Positions 13,708-26,833 of a stretch of DNA of 64,000 bases are shown piece after piece. The position numbers and the translations under genes are program-made. The number at the start of each line of letters is the position of its first letter. The first letter of the stretch is position 1. The stretch lies in NCBI RefSeq assembly GCF_006345805.1, contig NC_043017.1, positions 25,358,001-25,422,000 of the forward strand, in the 5' to 3' direction. Origin of the DNA: Octopus sinensis. Lineage: Eukaryota. The notes below the pieces were generated by a model, which made no database searches, was not told where the DNA came from, and worked only from the letters and a program-made list of their open reading frames with translations.

Positions 13708-14248
13708 TGAGTGCGAGAGCAGTGCATGCCATCCAAGTGACTCTGGGGTACAAATATACGAAGCCCAATGTACCCAACATGACGACCCATCTGATAAGGG
13801 TGCACGAGGCACATGCATCACAACCATGTGTGTGCAACATGGCGACCTTATATCAAGATAAACAGTGCGTGACCTTACAGGTAGAGCCCAGTTAGAATTT
13901 TCTTCAGGTCAAATAGCCCATCCTGCACGAAAGGTCTTCTAAGGTTTTTTAAGGACGTTGAACAAAACACCCATATAAATTATTCAAACCCCAAAGAATT
14001 CCTCTCAGCACATGGCAATGATGCTCCCCCAGTACTTCTGCTTGTGATCAGAGATGTATATATTGTCAGCTACTAAGGGACATGCTCAACTGGTTAAGGT
14101 CAAACAACCGACAAGCAAATTTGTGGTATTGAGTAGAATATTTGCTGTAGCCCATCTTTTATACCAAGACAAAACAATGTACATAACACTTTCAATCAGT
14201 TAAGAACAGAAGCCGAGAGAGCCAGTATTTGGTATTGCATCAAGGCAT
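13708..14248 (-). mobile_element. Non-autonomous retroelement-like repeat embedded in (TAA)n
   Basis: A second partial copy lies at 44979-45220. Both abut (ATT)n tracts and neither has an ORF. Confidence 0.6.
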
Positions 14249-14280
14249 TTATTATTATTATTATTAGTGTTATTATTATT

Positions 14281-15118
14281 CTTTCAACACACAGTGTAGG
14301 TAAAAATGTACAAGAGTCTTTAGTCATCTGTCAAGTCACAACAAGGACCTCAGACAATACTTTCCTTAAAATGTGCGCTGTGTCCAATAAGGCTGCTTTT
14401 TGCAAGACATCAATCGTGCATGGGATTTCCAGTTGCCCTAAGAAGTTTTGAAGTTTCAATGGGATTGAGCCCAACGCTCCAATCACCACTGGTATCACTT
14501 TCACATTACCCTCTTGCATTCCATACAGTCTTGCCATTTCCACTTTCAATTCGGAGTACTTGGTGATTTTTTCAACCTCTTTACTCACAACATCCATGTC
14601 ATTTGGTATGGCTACATCAATGATCTGACAGTATTTGTCTCTCTTATTCAATATGACAATATCCGGCCGACAGTGTTCGATTACATGATCCGTCTGAAAA
14701 TCATAATCCCAGAGTATCGTTACTTTTCCATCTTCCTGCATAACTTTACTTGGTTCATGCTCATACCAGTTCTCTGTTACTTCATATTGGTATTTATGAC
14801 ATAAGAGCCAATGAAGATACACACACACTTTATCGTGGCAGCGCTTGTATTCTTTTTGTGCAAGACTCTCACATCCACTTACCAAGTGGATCAAATTTTC
14901 CACACTCTTTCCACAGAGTCTGCATTTCTGGGTGTCAGAAGTTTTATAGATGTTATACTTCACTGAATTGGTAGCGAGAGCCTGGTCTTGTGCAGCAATG
15001 ATCAGGCTTTCGGTGATACACTTCAAATCACCTTGCTCAAGCCATGGCCATGATGGTGTATTAACTTTAACATCTTGTGTATTCCTTTAAAACGGTCCAT
15101 GCATTCTCATTTCAAGAA
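14281..15118 (-). mobile_element. R4/Dong-like RLE non-LTR retrotransposon, 5'-truncated (zinc knuckle + restriction-like endonuclease)
   Basis: ORF 14331-15026 has a CCHC knuckle (CRLC..ENLIHLVSGC), RCHD, and the RLE catalytic motifs RPDIV...IIDVAIP...KEVEKITKY and PVVIGALG. Upstream in frame is MHGPF*...SWPWLEQGDLK with one stop. Both ends sit in (ATT)n. Confidence 0.88.
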
Positions 15119-15160
<42 letters not shown>

Positions 15161-15162
<2 letters not shown>

Positions 15163-15378
15163 GGTGGCAAGCTGGCAAAATTGTTAGCACACCAGATACA
15201 ATACTTAGTGACATTTCTTCAGACGTTACATTCTGAGTTCAAATTCCACCGAAGCTGACTTTGCATTTCCTTCCTTGAGGGTCAACGAAATAAGTACCAG
15301 TTGTGTACTGGGGATCAATGCAATTAACTTACCCCCCTCCCACCAAATTTTAGACCTTGTACCTATAGTAGAAAGAAT
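15161..15378 (+). mobile_element. SINE family A, short-tail variant
   Basis: aaggtggcaagctggcaaaattgttagc...gagttcaaattcc...aagtaccag...gtacctatagtagaaag + (ATT)n. Confidence 0.75.
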
Positions 15379-15401
15379 TATCATTATTATTATTATTATT
15401 A

Positions 15402-15435
<34 letters not shown>

Positions 15436-16810
15436 GATAATATCGATAACAAAATAAAACGTTGGGTCAGTGATCTAGTTATTTGTATCAATTTGTTATT
15501 TGACTAGAAAAATGTATAATTTAATAGCAATTCTATCTTCAATATTTATGATTCGAAACAAAAATTTGTTTTCTTTTTTATGTTATATTTTGCTTATCCT
15601 TGTCTTTCCCTCCCACCCCCTCTCTCTCTCCCTCTCCCTATCACTCTTATTCTCTTAAATTCATTATTTTTAAAATTTTATTTTATTTTATTGTATTTTC
15701 ACCTGATCGAGCTCACCACTCCTTCCTCTCTTACGTTTCCTGTATCAATTCTGTTTTGCATTTTAAATTGTTTTTTTTTTCCCGTTTTTTTTTTTTCATT
15801 TAAAAAAAAAAATCCTGCTTCCCCCACTCTGCTCCCACTGCCTCTATTTCCATTCTGTGTTTTATTTTTCGTAGCTACTAAATTTTTGAGAAATTAGTTT
15901 GTTTCATTAATATGCAGGTTGTTTATACATGCATGCATGCATCTGTGCGTGTGTGTGCATGTAGTTGTGTGTGTGTGGTTGTTTGTGTGTGTGTGTGTGT
16001 ATGTGTATTTGTGTATGTGTGTGGTTGTTTGTGTGTGTGTGTGTGTGTGTTGGTGCATGTGTATATGTGTGTGGTTGTTGGTGTGTGTGTTGGTGTATGT
16101 GTATTTAGTTGTTTGTGTGTGTGTGTGTGTCTGTGTTGCTGTTGATGTGTATATGTGTGGTTGTTGGTGTGTATGGTTTTGTGTGTGTTGGCGCAAGTGT
16201 ATTTGTGGTTGTTTGTGTGTGCGTGTGTATCTGTTTCTGTTGATGCTTGTGTGTATGTGTGTGGTTGTTGGTGTGTGTGTGTGTATGTGGTTGTTGGAGT
16301 ATATGTGTGTATATATGCACCTAATTGTTGGAATGTTTATGGTGTGTGTGCATGTGTATTTGTTAGTGTGTATGTGTGTTTGTTGGCCTCTGTGTGTGCG
16401 TGTGTATGTGTGTGCTTGTGTTATTCTCTCCTTTTCCCTTCACTGAGCTATAATTCTCTACATGGTCCACTGATTGAGTTGATAGGATGGTTTTTTTTTC
16501 TTCTTTTCTTTTTCTCTTTTCCACTTTGCTTGTGCGATTCTGCTCCACCCACCCACCCATGCCCCTCCATCCTCCCTTCCACCTGAGCAAACAGTTCAAG
16601 TGACATAAGACCTGACTAATTCCTTAATTAGAATTACTGGCTGGTGTTGGTAGCGGCAGTTGTGGTGTTGATATTGGTGTTGGTGGTAGTGGCGGTGGTG
16701 GTATTGGTGATGTTAATGGTTATGGTGGTAGTAGTGGTGGTGACTGAAATTGTTATGGTAGGTGGTGTTGGTGCTGGTAGTGATATTGATGGCTGTGGCA
16801 TTGGTGGTCG

Positions 16811-16898
16811 TGGTGGAGGCGGTGTTGTCCGTGGTGGAGGCAGTGTTGTCCGTGATGGAGGCGGTGTTGTCCGTGGTGGAGGCGGTGTTGTCCGTGGT
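16811..16898. repeat. 21-bp tandem repeat (ggtggaggcggtgttgtccgt) x4
   Basis: Directly visible. Confidence 0.85.
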
Positions 16899-17242
16899 GA
16901 TTGACATTGGTAGCGATGGTGTTGGTGGTGGCAGTGGTCTTGCTGGCGGTGGTGGTGTTGGTTGCGATGGCATCCATAGTAGTGGCTGTGGTTTTTGTGG
17001 TAGACGTTGAAAATGTTTGTGACGATGTTGGTAGTGGTTGCAGTGGTATTTGATGACATCAGTTGTGGTGGTTGTGGTGTAGCTTCAACTCCTGCTCCCT
17101 GAACTGAGCTGGGATCAAGGATTAAGGGTGTGGGATTAAGAAGTTAATTTCCTGACCCTCTGGTTTTGGTTCCAATCCTCCTACAACACTGGGCCAACCA
17201 AAATGCTTTGAATTTGGTAAACAGAACCTGAAAAAAGCCCAC

Positions 17243-17275
<33 letters not shown>

Positions 17276-17749
17276 GCACGTCTCTTTTCTTTACCATTAC
17301 ATCTATGCTCTGATCCTTGTTACTTGTGAGTATACCACGGTACTTCACCATCTCTCTCTTGCTGTCTCTTACACTTTTGCTGTTTCCTACATTCTCTCTC
17401 TTTCCCTCACTCTTCCCTCTGGCTGGGTAGCCACGTATCTCCTCTACAGCAGCATGCCTATTTCATCCCTCATTCTTGGTTGCTCTCTCTGCTTCTCTCT
17501 GCCTCTCTGTCTCACTAGGTAACCATCTACCTCCTCTATAGCAAGACACCTATTTCTGCCTCCCTATTTCTATGATTCACTGTAACCCTTCATCATCCGA
17601 CACTGGATTACCTTCTCCAATGCTCCCCCCGCCCCCGTTTCTGCTTCTCTGTCCCTTTGTCACCCTCTAACCTTTCATCCTCTGACACGAGTTTCCCTCC
17701 TCAAATGCTCCTGCTCCTCTCATAATTCCTTGTCTTGTGAGTTACTTGA

Positions 17750-18330
17750 TGACCCTGCCAGTGCTGGTGCCACATAAAAAGCATCCAGTCCACACTGGAA
17801 AGTGGTTGGTGTTTGGAAGGGCATCCAGCTGTAAAGATCATGCCAAAACTGACATCACCTTTGCTAGTGCCACATAAAAAGCACTGAATCCACTCTGCAG
17901 AGTGGTTGGCGTTAGGAAGGACATCCAGCTGTAAAAAACCCTGCCAAAACACACAGTAGCATAGGGCAACTTTTCTACCTGGCCAGCTTCTCTGAACCAT
18001 CTTACCCTACCCATGCATGCATGTAAGATAGACATTAAACGATGATGATGATATACGTACATACATACATCATCATCATCATGATCATCATTTAGCATCC
18101 GCTTTCCATGCTAGCATGGGTTGGACGGTTCAACTGGGGTCTGGGAAGCCAGAAGGTTGCACCAGGCCCAGTCTGATCTGGCAATGTTTCTATGGCTGGA
18201 TGCCCTTCCTAATGCCAACCACTCCGTGAGTGTAGTGGATGCCTTTTATGTGCCACCGGCACAGGTGCCAGATGAGGCTGGCAAACGGCCACGATCGGAT
18301 GATGCTTTTTACATGCCATTGGCACGGAGG
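17750..18330. mobile_element. Tail-to-tail pair of SINE family C copies (+ at 17750-18050, - at 18068-18330)
   Basis: A (GAT)n tail is followed by a (CAT)n tail and the reverse-complement body. Confidence 0.75.
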
Positions 18331-18687
18331 CCCATCGGGGCGATACATACATACATATACATTTACTTCAGAATAAAGTGTTAGCCGAGTGCAGAGCCGT
18401 AATAAGAGTCTCACTGACTCTTTCCAATATTAGTAGTCATAGACGATGTATATGTCTAATAATAACAAACGAGAGAGAGGCGGCAATCTAACAGAATCAT
18501 CACTGCACTGAGAAAAATTGCTTAGCAGCATTTCTTCCGAATTTATGTTCTGAGTTCAAATGCCACCAAAGTCAATTTTGCCTGTTCATCCTTTTGGGGT
18601 TGATAAAACAAGGACCAGTTAAGCGCTGGGATTCGTATAATTGATTTCTCCTCTCCCTTGAACTTAGTGGCATTGTTCCAAAATTTG

Positions 18688-18721
<34 letters not shown>

Positions 18722-18759
18722 TATTATTATTATTATTATTATTGTTATTATTGTTATTG

Positions 18760-19050
18760 TCTTCTACTATAACATTGGGCCGGCCAAAGCCTTGTGAGTA
18801 GATTTGGTAGACAGAAACTGATAGAAGCCCATTGTGTGTGTGTGTATATATATATATGTGTCTGTATTTGTCCCCCCAACATTGCTTGACAACCCTGGTG
18901 CAGTTTATGTCCCCGTAACTCAGCAGTTCAGCAGAAGAGATTGACAGAATAAGTACTGGGCTTATAAAGAATAAGTCCTGGGGGTCGATTTGCTTGGCTA
19001 AAGGTGATGCTCCAGCATGGCTGCAGTCAAATGACTGAAATAGGTAAAAA
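18760..19050 (+). mobile_element. SINE family B (CORE-type) 3' two-thirds
   Basis: ccaaagccttgtgagtagatttggtagac...gctccagcatggctgcagtcaaatgactgaaa. Confidence 0.8.
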
Positions 19051-19051
19051 A

Positions 19052-19121
<70 letters not shown>

Positions 19122-19359
19122 CACACACACACATACACACATATTTCTTTATGCATACATACTGGCATATATATATCCACATGTATAAATCTGAGGCTTA
19201 AACATGAAGGGTTCGATGCTCTGATGATACTGTTAGGTGTTACTCAGGCATTCAGTTATGAGTCCACTGCATCTCAGACTGGAAACGACTGTAAGTTGAT
19301 GCAATTCATTAGAAAATCATTTATTCTTTTAGCATCTCTTTTCTTTTACATATATATAT

Positions 19360-19518
19360 AAAGGGAAAGTTTACGAAAATAAACAAAATACGAAGGCAGG
19401 TGGAGTACAAACAAACAAATGTATTAGTATGGCGCTCAGGAATAGAAAAAGTCTTTTACATTTCGAGCCTACGCTCTTCAACAGAAAGATACACAGAAAA
19501 AAAACAAGGAGAGAAACA
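19360..19518 (-). mobile_element. Penelope-like element terminal-repeat fragment carrying a minimal hammerhead
   Basis: Ends at (TA)n. Related to 56790-56995 and 40205-40291. Contains the hammerhead motif at 19452-19489. Confidence 0.65.
19452..19489 (-). ncRNA. Minimal type-I hammerhead ribozyme motif
   Basis: Minus strand: UCUUU-CUGUUGA-A-GAGC-GUAG-GCUC-GAAA-UG-UA-AAAGA. Helix I is 5 bp and helix II is 4 bp. The core has one deviation (CUGUUGA vs CUGANGA). Confidence 0.7.
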
Positions 19519-19665
19519 TACTCACGGAGTGGTTGGCGTTAGGAAGGGCATCCTGCTGTAGAAACACTGCTAGATCAGACTGGAGCCTGGTGCAGCCTCC
19601 TGACTTCCCAGACCCTGATCGAACCGTCCAACCTGTGCGGACGTTAAACGATGATGATGATGATG

Positions 19666-19705
<40 letters not shown>

Positions 19706-20330
19706 GCTGCCTTTGTTATTTTATACATACACACACATACATACATGCACACATGAACATAACATTCATAAATATGGCACATCATTCAGTACCGGTATTA
19801 CCGAAATATAAAGATGCCAATTACACATTTGCTGCTTTTTTTCCAATATTGACTTGCTTCCATAGAATCTCATAACTGAAAATTGAGATGTCGAATGTTA
19901 TCAATTAAAAAAAGATGAAGTTAGATAAAACACACGCACATACACACATACACGAAAGTTACCAAAACGAAAGAAATCAAAAATAACAACAAGAGGCAAA
20001 ATAAAATATTTTCCCCGTTTTTATTTAAGTCATTAAAAAAAAATATAGTTGTATTGATGTATTTTGAGTTTTCATTTTTCATCAATTTTTCAACCACCAT
20101 CTCGAAAAGTAATACTAAATTGTCCCTCATTGCTTTTTCTTGTAACCATCTCCCTCACTTTATCATTTCCCCTCTGTCTCTGTCTCTCTTCCTCTGCGTC
20201 CTTTCTTTAATTTTCTGTCTTTTTTTCTTTGACTTTAAAAATATTTTTGCTCTGTATTATTATATTTGGGTACATACATTTCCATACGTACGTATGTATG
20301 TATGTACACACTCACATCTGTGTGTATGGA

Positions 20331-20367
<37 letters not shown>

Positions 20368-20407
20368 GTGTGTACATATGTATATGTATATATGCATGTA
20401 TATATGT

Positions 20408-20457
<50 letters not shown>

Positions 20458-20640
20458 ATACATATATATACATGTATGTGTATATATGTATATGTGTATA
20501 TATATGCATGTATATATATGTGTATGTGTGTATATATATATATATTGTGTGTATATATATATATATATATATGAATATATATACATATATAATATACACA
20601 TAAACAACATGTATATTCATACATTTATACAAATTTATAA

Positions 20641-20674
<34 letters not shown>

Positions 20675-21826
20675 TTTTAATATATACATAACATATATAT
20701 ATATATGGTGTATAATGTGTTTATTTTTAATTCACACATACACACACATGAATATACATATGAATGCGTTTTTTTTTGTGTTGAATATTTTTCTCTATCT
20801 TGTTGATAAAGTTTTTGTGTCAAAACATGTATCTATTTATGTATCTCTGTTTGTGTATGCATGCAAACGCATATCCTCATACATGCGTGTGTACATGTGG
20901 ATACATGTGTGGATATGCGCACACACACCTTTATGAGTATGCATGTATATATATATATACAGGTGTGTGTGTGTGCACATATAATTATATCCTCATGCAT
21001 GATGCATGTACATGCATATATTTGTTGTTTTATGTATGTATGCATGTGTATGTTTGACTGAAATGTGTAGCACTAGAAGTTTCACAGATCTAAAAATCAC
21101 TCCTGCATAATTGGCTGTGCTAATAGTGAGTGGTGAGGCAGCCTTGGCTTCTATATTCGGCTGATTGTCATTGGATGAGAAATGTGTCTTGTCTGATGAT
21201 TGCAAAGGTGTGAAACTCGTGTCTGGAGAAAATGAAGTTGCACGTTCTGCAACATGTATTGAGTACTTCTTTCCTCTTTCGTGGGAAAACTAGGAGAATT
21301 ATTTGAATGTGTGTATAAGTTTCCAAGCAAGGTAACATTTGCCCATTGCTTGAGATGTTTTTCACTGAAGACTGACAAAGAACACTGTCGCTTGTATGAA
21401 GGTGATGCTTGTCTACAACCTTCACATGATGGTCAAGACAAGTGCACACACACATGCATACACACACACACACACACACACAATGGGCTTCTCTGAGTTT
21501 CCCCTCACTAAATCCACTTGCAAGGTTATGGTTGACCCATGGATAGTGTACGAGGCACTTGCACAAGGCACTGTGCAGTGAAATTGAACCTGAACTTTCA
21601 AGGTTGAGAAATGAATTTTCTAACCACCTAGCCATGTGTGTGTGTGTGTGCATGTGTGTGTGTGTGTAAATATATAAATATATATATATGCACACACACA
21701 CACACATATACATATACATATGTGTAGACACTTACATACACATACTTATATATATTCCTATATGCATGTGCCCATACTTGCAGTGTGTTTATGTGTGTGT
21801 GTAATATGTATCTATCTATCTATCTA

Positions 21827-21858
<32 letters not shown>

Positions 21859-22071
21859 TATATATATATTCATCACACCACAACACATATGTATTAATTA
21901 ATAAGTTAAGTCATTAATATATATATATATATATATACATATATATTCATTATATATATATATATTATATATATATATATATTATATCATTATATATATA
22001 ATATATATAATATATACATATATATGAATATATATATTCATTATATATATATATAATTACACACAACCACA

Positions 22072-22110
<39 letters not shown>

Positions 22111-22873
22111 ACACAACACACACACGAACGATGAATCAACATGTATACTTTCGCCGCCCATCCTTTCTTCCCCTTTCTTTTGGCATAATTTAACATTTTA
22201 TCAATAATAAATGCTGTTCTTACGCTTTGTCTTGTCTTCACAATTTTTTGTTTTGTTCCAGTTTTATTTATGATTTACGTTTGCATCCATCTTCCCCCTC
22301 ACATCATCTTTTTTCTGTCTCTCTCTCACACACACATACACATTCACAAACACTGAGACATTTTCACAAGAACACAACACACACACACATACACACAAGC
22401 AAGCACGCATACGCACATACAAATACACATGCTCACCCATACATACGTACACCATGCGTGTTTTTCATAAGGTCATGAATTGGCACACGCATACTAAGAA
22501 CATAGTTGCTAAGGCATGTATACACACATGCATGTATACACACACACACACACATACAGACACACACACACAACACACACACACACATACAGACACACAC
22601 ACACATACAGACACAGACACACACACACTTTCTCTCTGGCTGTCGCATCACACACCACACGCATTTGCATACTGACACATACACATTAAGACACAGTCAT
22701 AATGGCACTCACATTCATGCACGCACATACACATGTATACACACACATTTTCTCTCTCTCTCTCACATTCACACATGCATTTTCATCCTGGCACAAACTG
22801 ACACATACATACTCCAATAGAGAAAGGCACTCTCTCTCTCCTCTCTCTCCCATGCATTCACACATGGACACAC

Positions 22874-22973
22874 NNNNNNNNNNNNNNNNNNNNNNNNNNN
22901 NNNNNNNNNNNNNNNNNNNNNNNNNNNNNNNNNNNNNNNNNNNNNNNNNNNNNNNNNNNNNNNNNNNNNNNNN
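22874..22973. other. Assembly gap (100 N)
   Basis: Run of exactly 100 n, a placeholder length. Confidence 0.99.
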
Positions 22974-22980
22974 ATACCTA

Positions 22981-23395
22981 CATCATCATCATCGTTTAAC
23001 GTCCGTTTTCCATGCTAGCACAGGCTGGATGGTTCAAACGGGGTCTGGGAAGCCAGGAGGCTGCACCAGTCTCCAGTCTGATCTGGCAGTGTTTCTACAG
23101 CTGGGTGCCCTTCCTAACGCCAACCACTCTGTGAGTGTAGTGGGTGCTTGTTACGTGCCACCAGCACAGGTGCCATGGGAAGCTGGCAAACGACCACAAT
23201 CAGTTGGTGCTTTTTATGTGCCACAGGCACAGAAGCTAGTCAAGGCGGCGTTGGCATCGGCTACATTTGGATGATGCTTTTTATGTGCCACCGGCATAAG
23301 TATCACGACTACAATTTCCATTTAATTTTTATTTTGATGTTGATGTACTTGACTCAATAGGTCTCCTCAAGCACAGCAGGTCACCCTACAATCTA
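22981..23395 (-). mobile_element. SINE family C, long copy
   Basis: (CAT)n cgtttaacgtccgttttccatgctagc... plus an upstream segment homologous to 58510-58600. Confidence 0.8.
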
Positions 23396-23769
23396 AAGTC
23401 AAATTTTCTCAAGTGCCCTTTGAATACTATTTGGGATCCCTAATTTACCTATTTATATATGCATTTTGTTTGTTTCATTGTATGGCTGTAAAGTAAGGAC
23501 ATACCATTCAAAACATGTTAATTGGTTGGAGTGTTTTCAGCAAAAATGTTCTTCAACAAATTCTGTGTGTGTCTTGGGTTGCAAAGATTATGCGAATAAT
23601 GTTGACGTCTTGGAAATAGCAAATTTTGTAGGCATGAAAGCACTGAGATGGGCAAGTAAATGTTTTTATATGGAACATTGGAAGAATTCAGAAGATTTTA
23701 CTCTATGAAGAATAATTTTCAGGGAGACGAACCTCCTAATGAACCCAAGACAAAGCACAAACACTGCCC

Positions 23770-23991
23770 TAACCTTCTAGCATTCAGATTATTCTGTCAA
23801 ATGTAATGCTTGTTTAACATTGTTTCGAATTGATCATGCAATGTCTCATAGTTTTGAGATTTCGATGATGTGATTGTTTATTTTTAGAATGACAGTGTAG
23901 GATAAGTGTGAGAGGTCGGACCTGGCCAGTTTGAATGTAAAACAGAATATTTTGGCTGGATAAATGGCTGGATTAAATGCCAAATGATTAA
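23770..23991 (+). mobile_element. piggyBac-type MITE (degenerate)
   Basis: taaccttctagcattcagatt...aatgccaaatgattaa. Same family as 41505-42069. Confidence 0.65.
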
Positions 23992-24214
23992 ACTGGATCT
24001 GAAGAAGGGCAGTAGTCTTTCAACTCTCCACAGTAACGCCTGACTCGTTACATTCTGTGATATGCTGAATCTCCCTGAGAACTACGTTAAGAGTGTGTGT
24101 GTGTGTCTGTGGAATACTCAGCCGCTTTCACACTAATTTCACGAGGAGGCTGTTCCATTGATTGGAAATGCTGATCGCTGTGACTGATGTACCTAGTGGC
24201 CTCACCTGTGCCGA

Positions 24215-24574
24215 TGTACCTTTTCAAACTCTACCTGTCTAACACCCGTGGACATATTTACAAAGTCAGAAAACAGCACAGCTCCCATGACTTTAGGAAA
24301 CATTTTTTCACGCTGAGAGTTGCTGAAGCATGGAACAAACTGCCGGCATCAGTTGTCAGTTGTCGAGCACTGCATCCTTCAAAACTTCCATGTTTCCTGA
24401 GATTCGCCAACACTACACCTGATTTCTTCCCCTCCATACACACACAAGCATGTATCTGACTAATACATTGTTCGCTTTCCAGACATTTGTACATTACTGC
24501 ATATACTCTATACGCACTTTCTGACAAGTTGTGGTGCACCTGAGCACTGTATACAATAATTTCATTATTATTAT
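24215..24574 (+). mobile_element. CR1-clade LINE 3' end
   Basis: Reads LFKLYLSNTRGHIYKVRKQHSSHDFRKHFFTLRVAEAWNKLPASVV, the CR1 ORF2 terminal motif TRGH...R..FF..RV...WN.LP..VV. A 3' UTR follows, ending in (ATT)n. Confidence 0.82.
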
Positions 24575-24811
24575 AAAGCAAGCAAACAAACAAAAAAGCC
24601 CCCAGTACACTCTGTAAAGTGGTTGGCATTAGGATGGGCATCTGGCTGTAGAAACCATGCCAAAGCAGACGCTAAAGATTGGAGCAGCATTCTGGCTCAC
24701 CAGTTCCTATTGAAGTGTCCAATCCATGCCAGTATGGAAAACATGTTCAACGACAATGATAATAATGATATAAGAATTCGGAATTGTCTCCCCTTTGCCT
24801 TTATATACTCT

Positions 24812-25195
24812 CTTTTACTCGTTTCAGTCATTTTGACTGCGGCCATGCTAGGGCACCGCCTTTAGTCGAGCAAATCGACCCCGGGACTTATTCTTTTGTA
24901 AGCCCAGTACTTATTCTATTGGTCTCTTTTGCCGAACCGCTACGTGACAGGGACGTAAACACACCAGCATCGGTTGTCAAGCAATGCTAGGGGGACAAAC
25001 ACAGACACACAAACACACACACGCATACATATATATATATATATACATATATACGACAGGCTTCTTTCAGTTTCCGTCTACCAAATCCACTCACAAGGCA
25101 TTGGTTGGCCCGAGGCTATAGCAGAAGACACTTGCCCAAGATGCCACGCAGTGGGACTGAACCCAGAACCATGTGGCTGGTTAGCAAGCTACTTA
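24812..25195 (-). mobile_element. SINE family B (CORE-type), near full length
   Basis: Reverse complement of 40665-41200, including the CORE-like ggcatcttgggcaagtgtctt. Confidence 0.85.
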
Positions 25196-25338
25196 CATAT
25201 TTTTTCTTTTTTTTTTTTACCTGGAAGCAGTCATTAAAGCTAATGATTATTTTCTCTTTGATGATGCAAGGATGATTTTAAATAACGAAGCAATTTATTT
25301 CTTTCCTCTTTGGCTCACTACATTATATATATATGTTG

Positions 25339-25707
25339 TGGAGGTGCAATGGCCCAGTGGTTAGGGCAGCGGACTCACAGTTTCGATTCCCAGACTGGGC
25401 GTTGTGAGTGTTTATTGAGCGAAAACACCTAAAGCTCCACGAGGCTCTGGCAGGGGATGGTGGCGATCCCTGCTGTACTCTTTCACCACAACTTTCTCTC
25501 ACTCTTACTTCCTGTTTCTGTTGTACATGTATTTCAAAGGGCCGGCCTTGTCACTCTCTGTGTCACGCTGAATATCCCCGAGAACTACGTTAAGGGTACA
25601 CGTGTCTGTGGAGTGCTCAGCCACTTACACGTTAATTTCACGAGCAGGCTGTTCCGTTGATTCGGATCAACCGGAACCCTCGTCGTCGTAACCGACGGAG
25701 TGCTTCC
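25339..25707 (+). mobile_element. tRNA-derived SINE (head as at 1199; tail ...ccctcgtcgtcgtaaccgacggagtgctt)
   Basis: A box tggcccagtgg and B box gtttcgattccc. The tail is shared with 41538-41866 and 60527-60842. Confidence 0.8.
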
Positions 25708-26301
25708 TTTCCTTATATGTTAAGCCCCACTTAAATGTTTAATTGCTGTCTTAGCATAAAGTGGTATTGGCTACAACAGAGAACCACTGCAGAAGCTGGT
25801 ATTCGTAGTGTTATCATTACCGTAACCATTGTTGATGGGGGCCCTTGTCGATGATAGCGTTGGCAATGGTGACGAAAACCATCTTGTTTCCAGCAAAAGT
25901 AATTTACCTCTCAGAGTGTGTTGGCATTAGTTGCACAGACATCTTTTTCTTCCTCCCTGCTTCCTCTGCTATCTCTTCTCTTCATCTTCCCCAGACAGCT
26001 TTTTCCCCCCTTACATCATCTCAATAATATCTCATAGGCACCACTTTAACTTGTTCTTTTTCTTTTTCTTTTTCTTTTTTTTTCTTTCAAATTTACTTAT
26101 TTGTTTTGCTTCTTTTGTTGTTGTTGTTGTTGTTCGCTCTGTCCTCCGAGAATTCCAATCTTGCAAGGAACAAGATTACAATTCAACAGATGAAATTTTT
26201 CAAATGCCTGTTATTTAATAATAACCACTTCGTACCTTCCTGATTTCCGTGAGTGTGTGTGTCTGTGTGTTTGTGTGTGTGTGTACATGCATGTATGATT
26301 T

Positions 26302-26346
<45 letters not shown>

Positions 26347-26609
26347 GTGCACACACAGTCACATGTTTAAGTGCGTGTGTGCATTCATACACAACACACA
26401 TACACATAAACACAAGTAACTTTACCACACACACACATGTAAACATACATACATACATGAATGCATACATACATGCATACATACATACAGACATAGATAC
26501 ACACATACATACATACATACATACATACACACATACATACATACACACATACATACATACATACATATATACATACATATAATACACACTACATACATAC
26601 ACACATACA

Positions 26610-26643
<34 letters not shown>

Positions 26644-26793
26644 CATACACACACACATACATACATACATACATACATACATGTGTGTGTTTGTGAGAGA
26701 GATAGATTCTGATAGTTAGCTAGAAGCGCATATGCACACGTACAACATCCACTTATGAGTACACACACACACATACACACACACACACACACA

Positions 26794-26833
<40 letters not shown>

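Noticed and set aside
25339-25400. tRNA genes
   Set aside because: A and B boxes are present but they are SINE heads followed by SINE bodies, with no complete cloverleaf.
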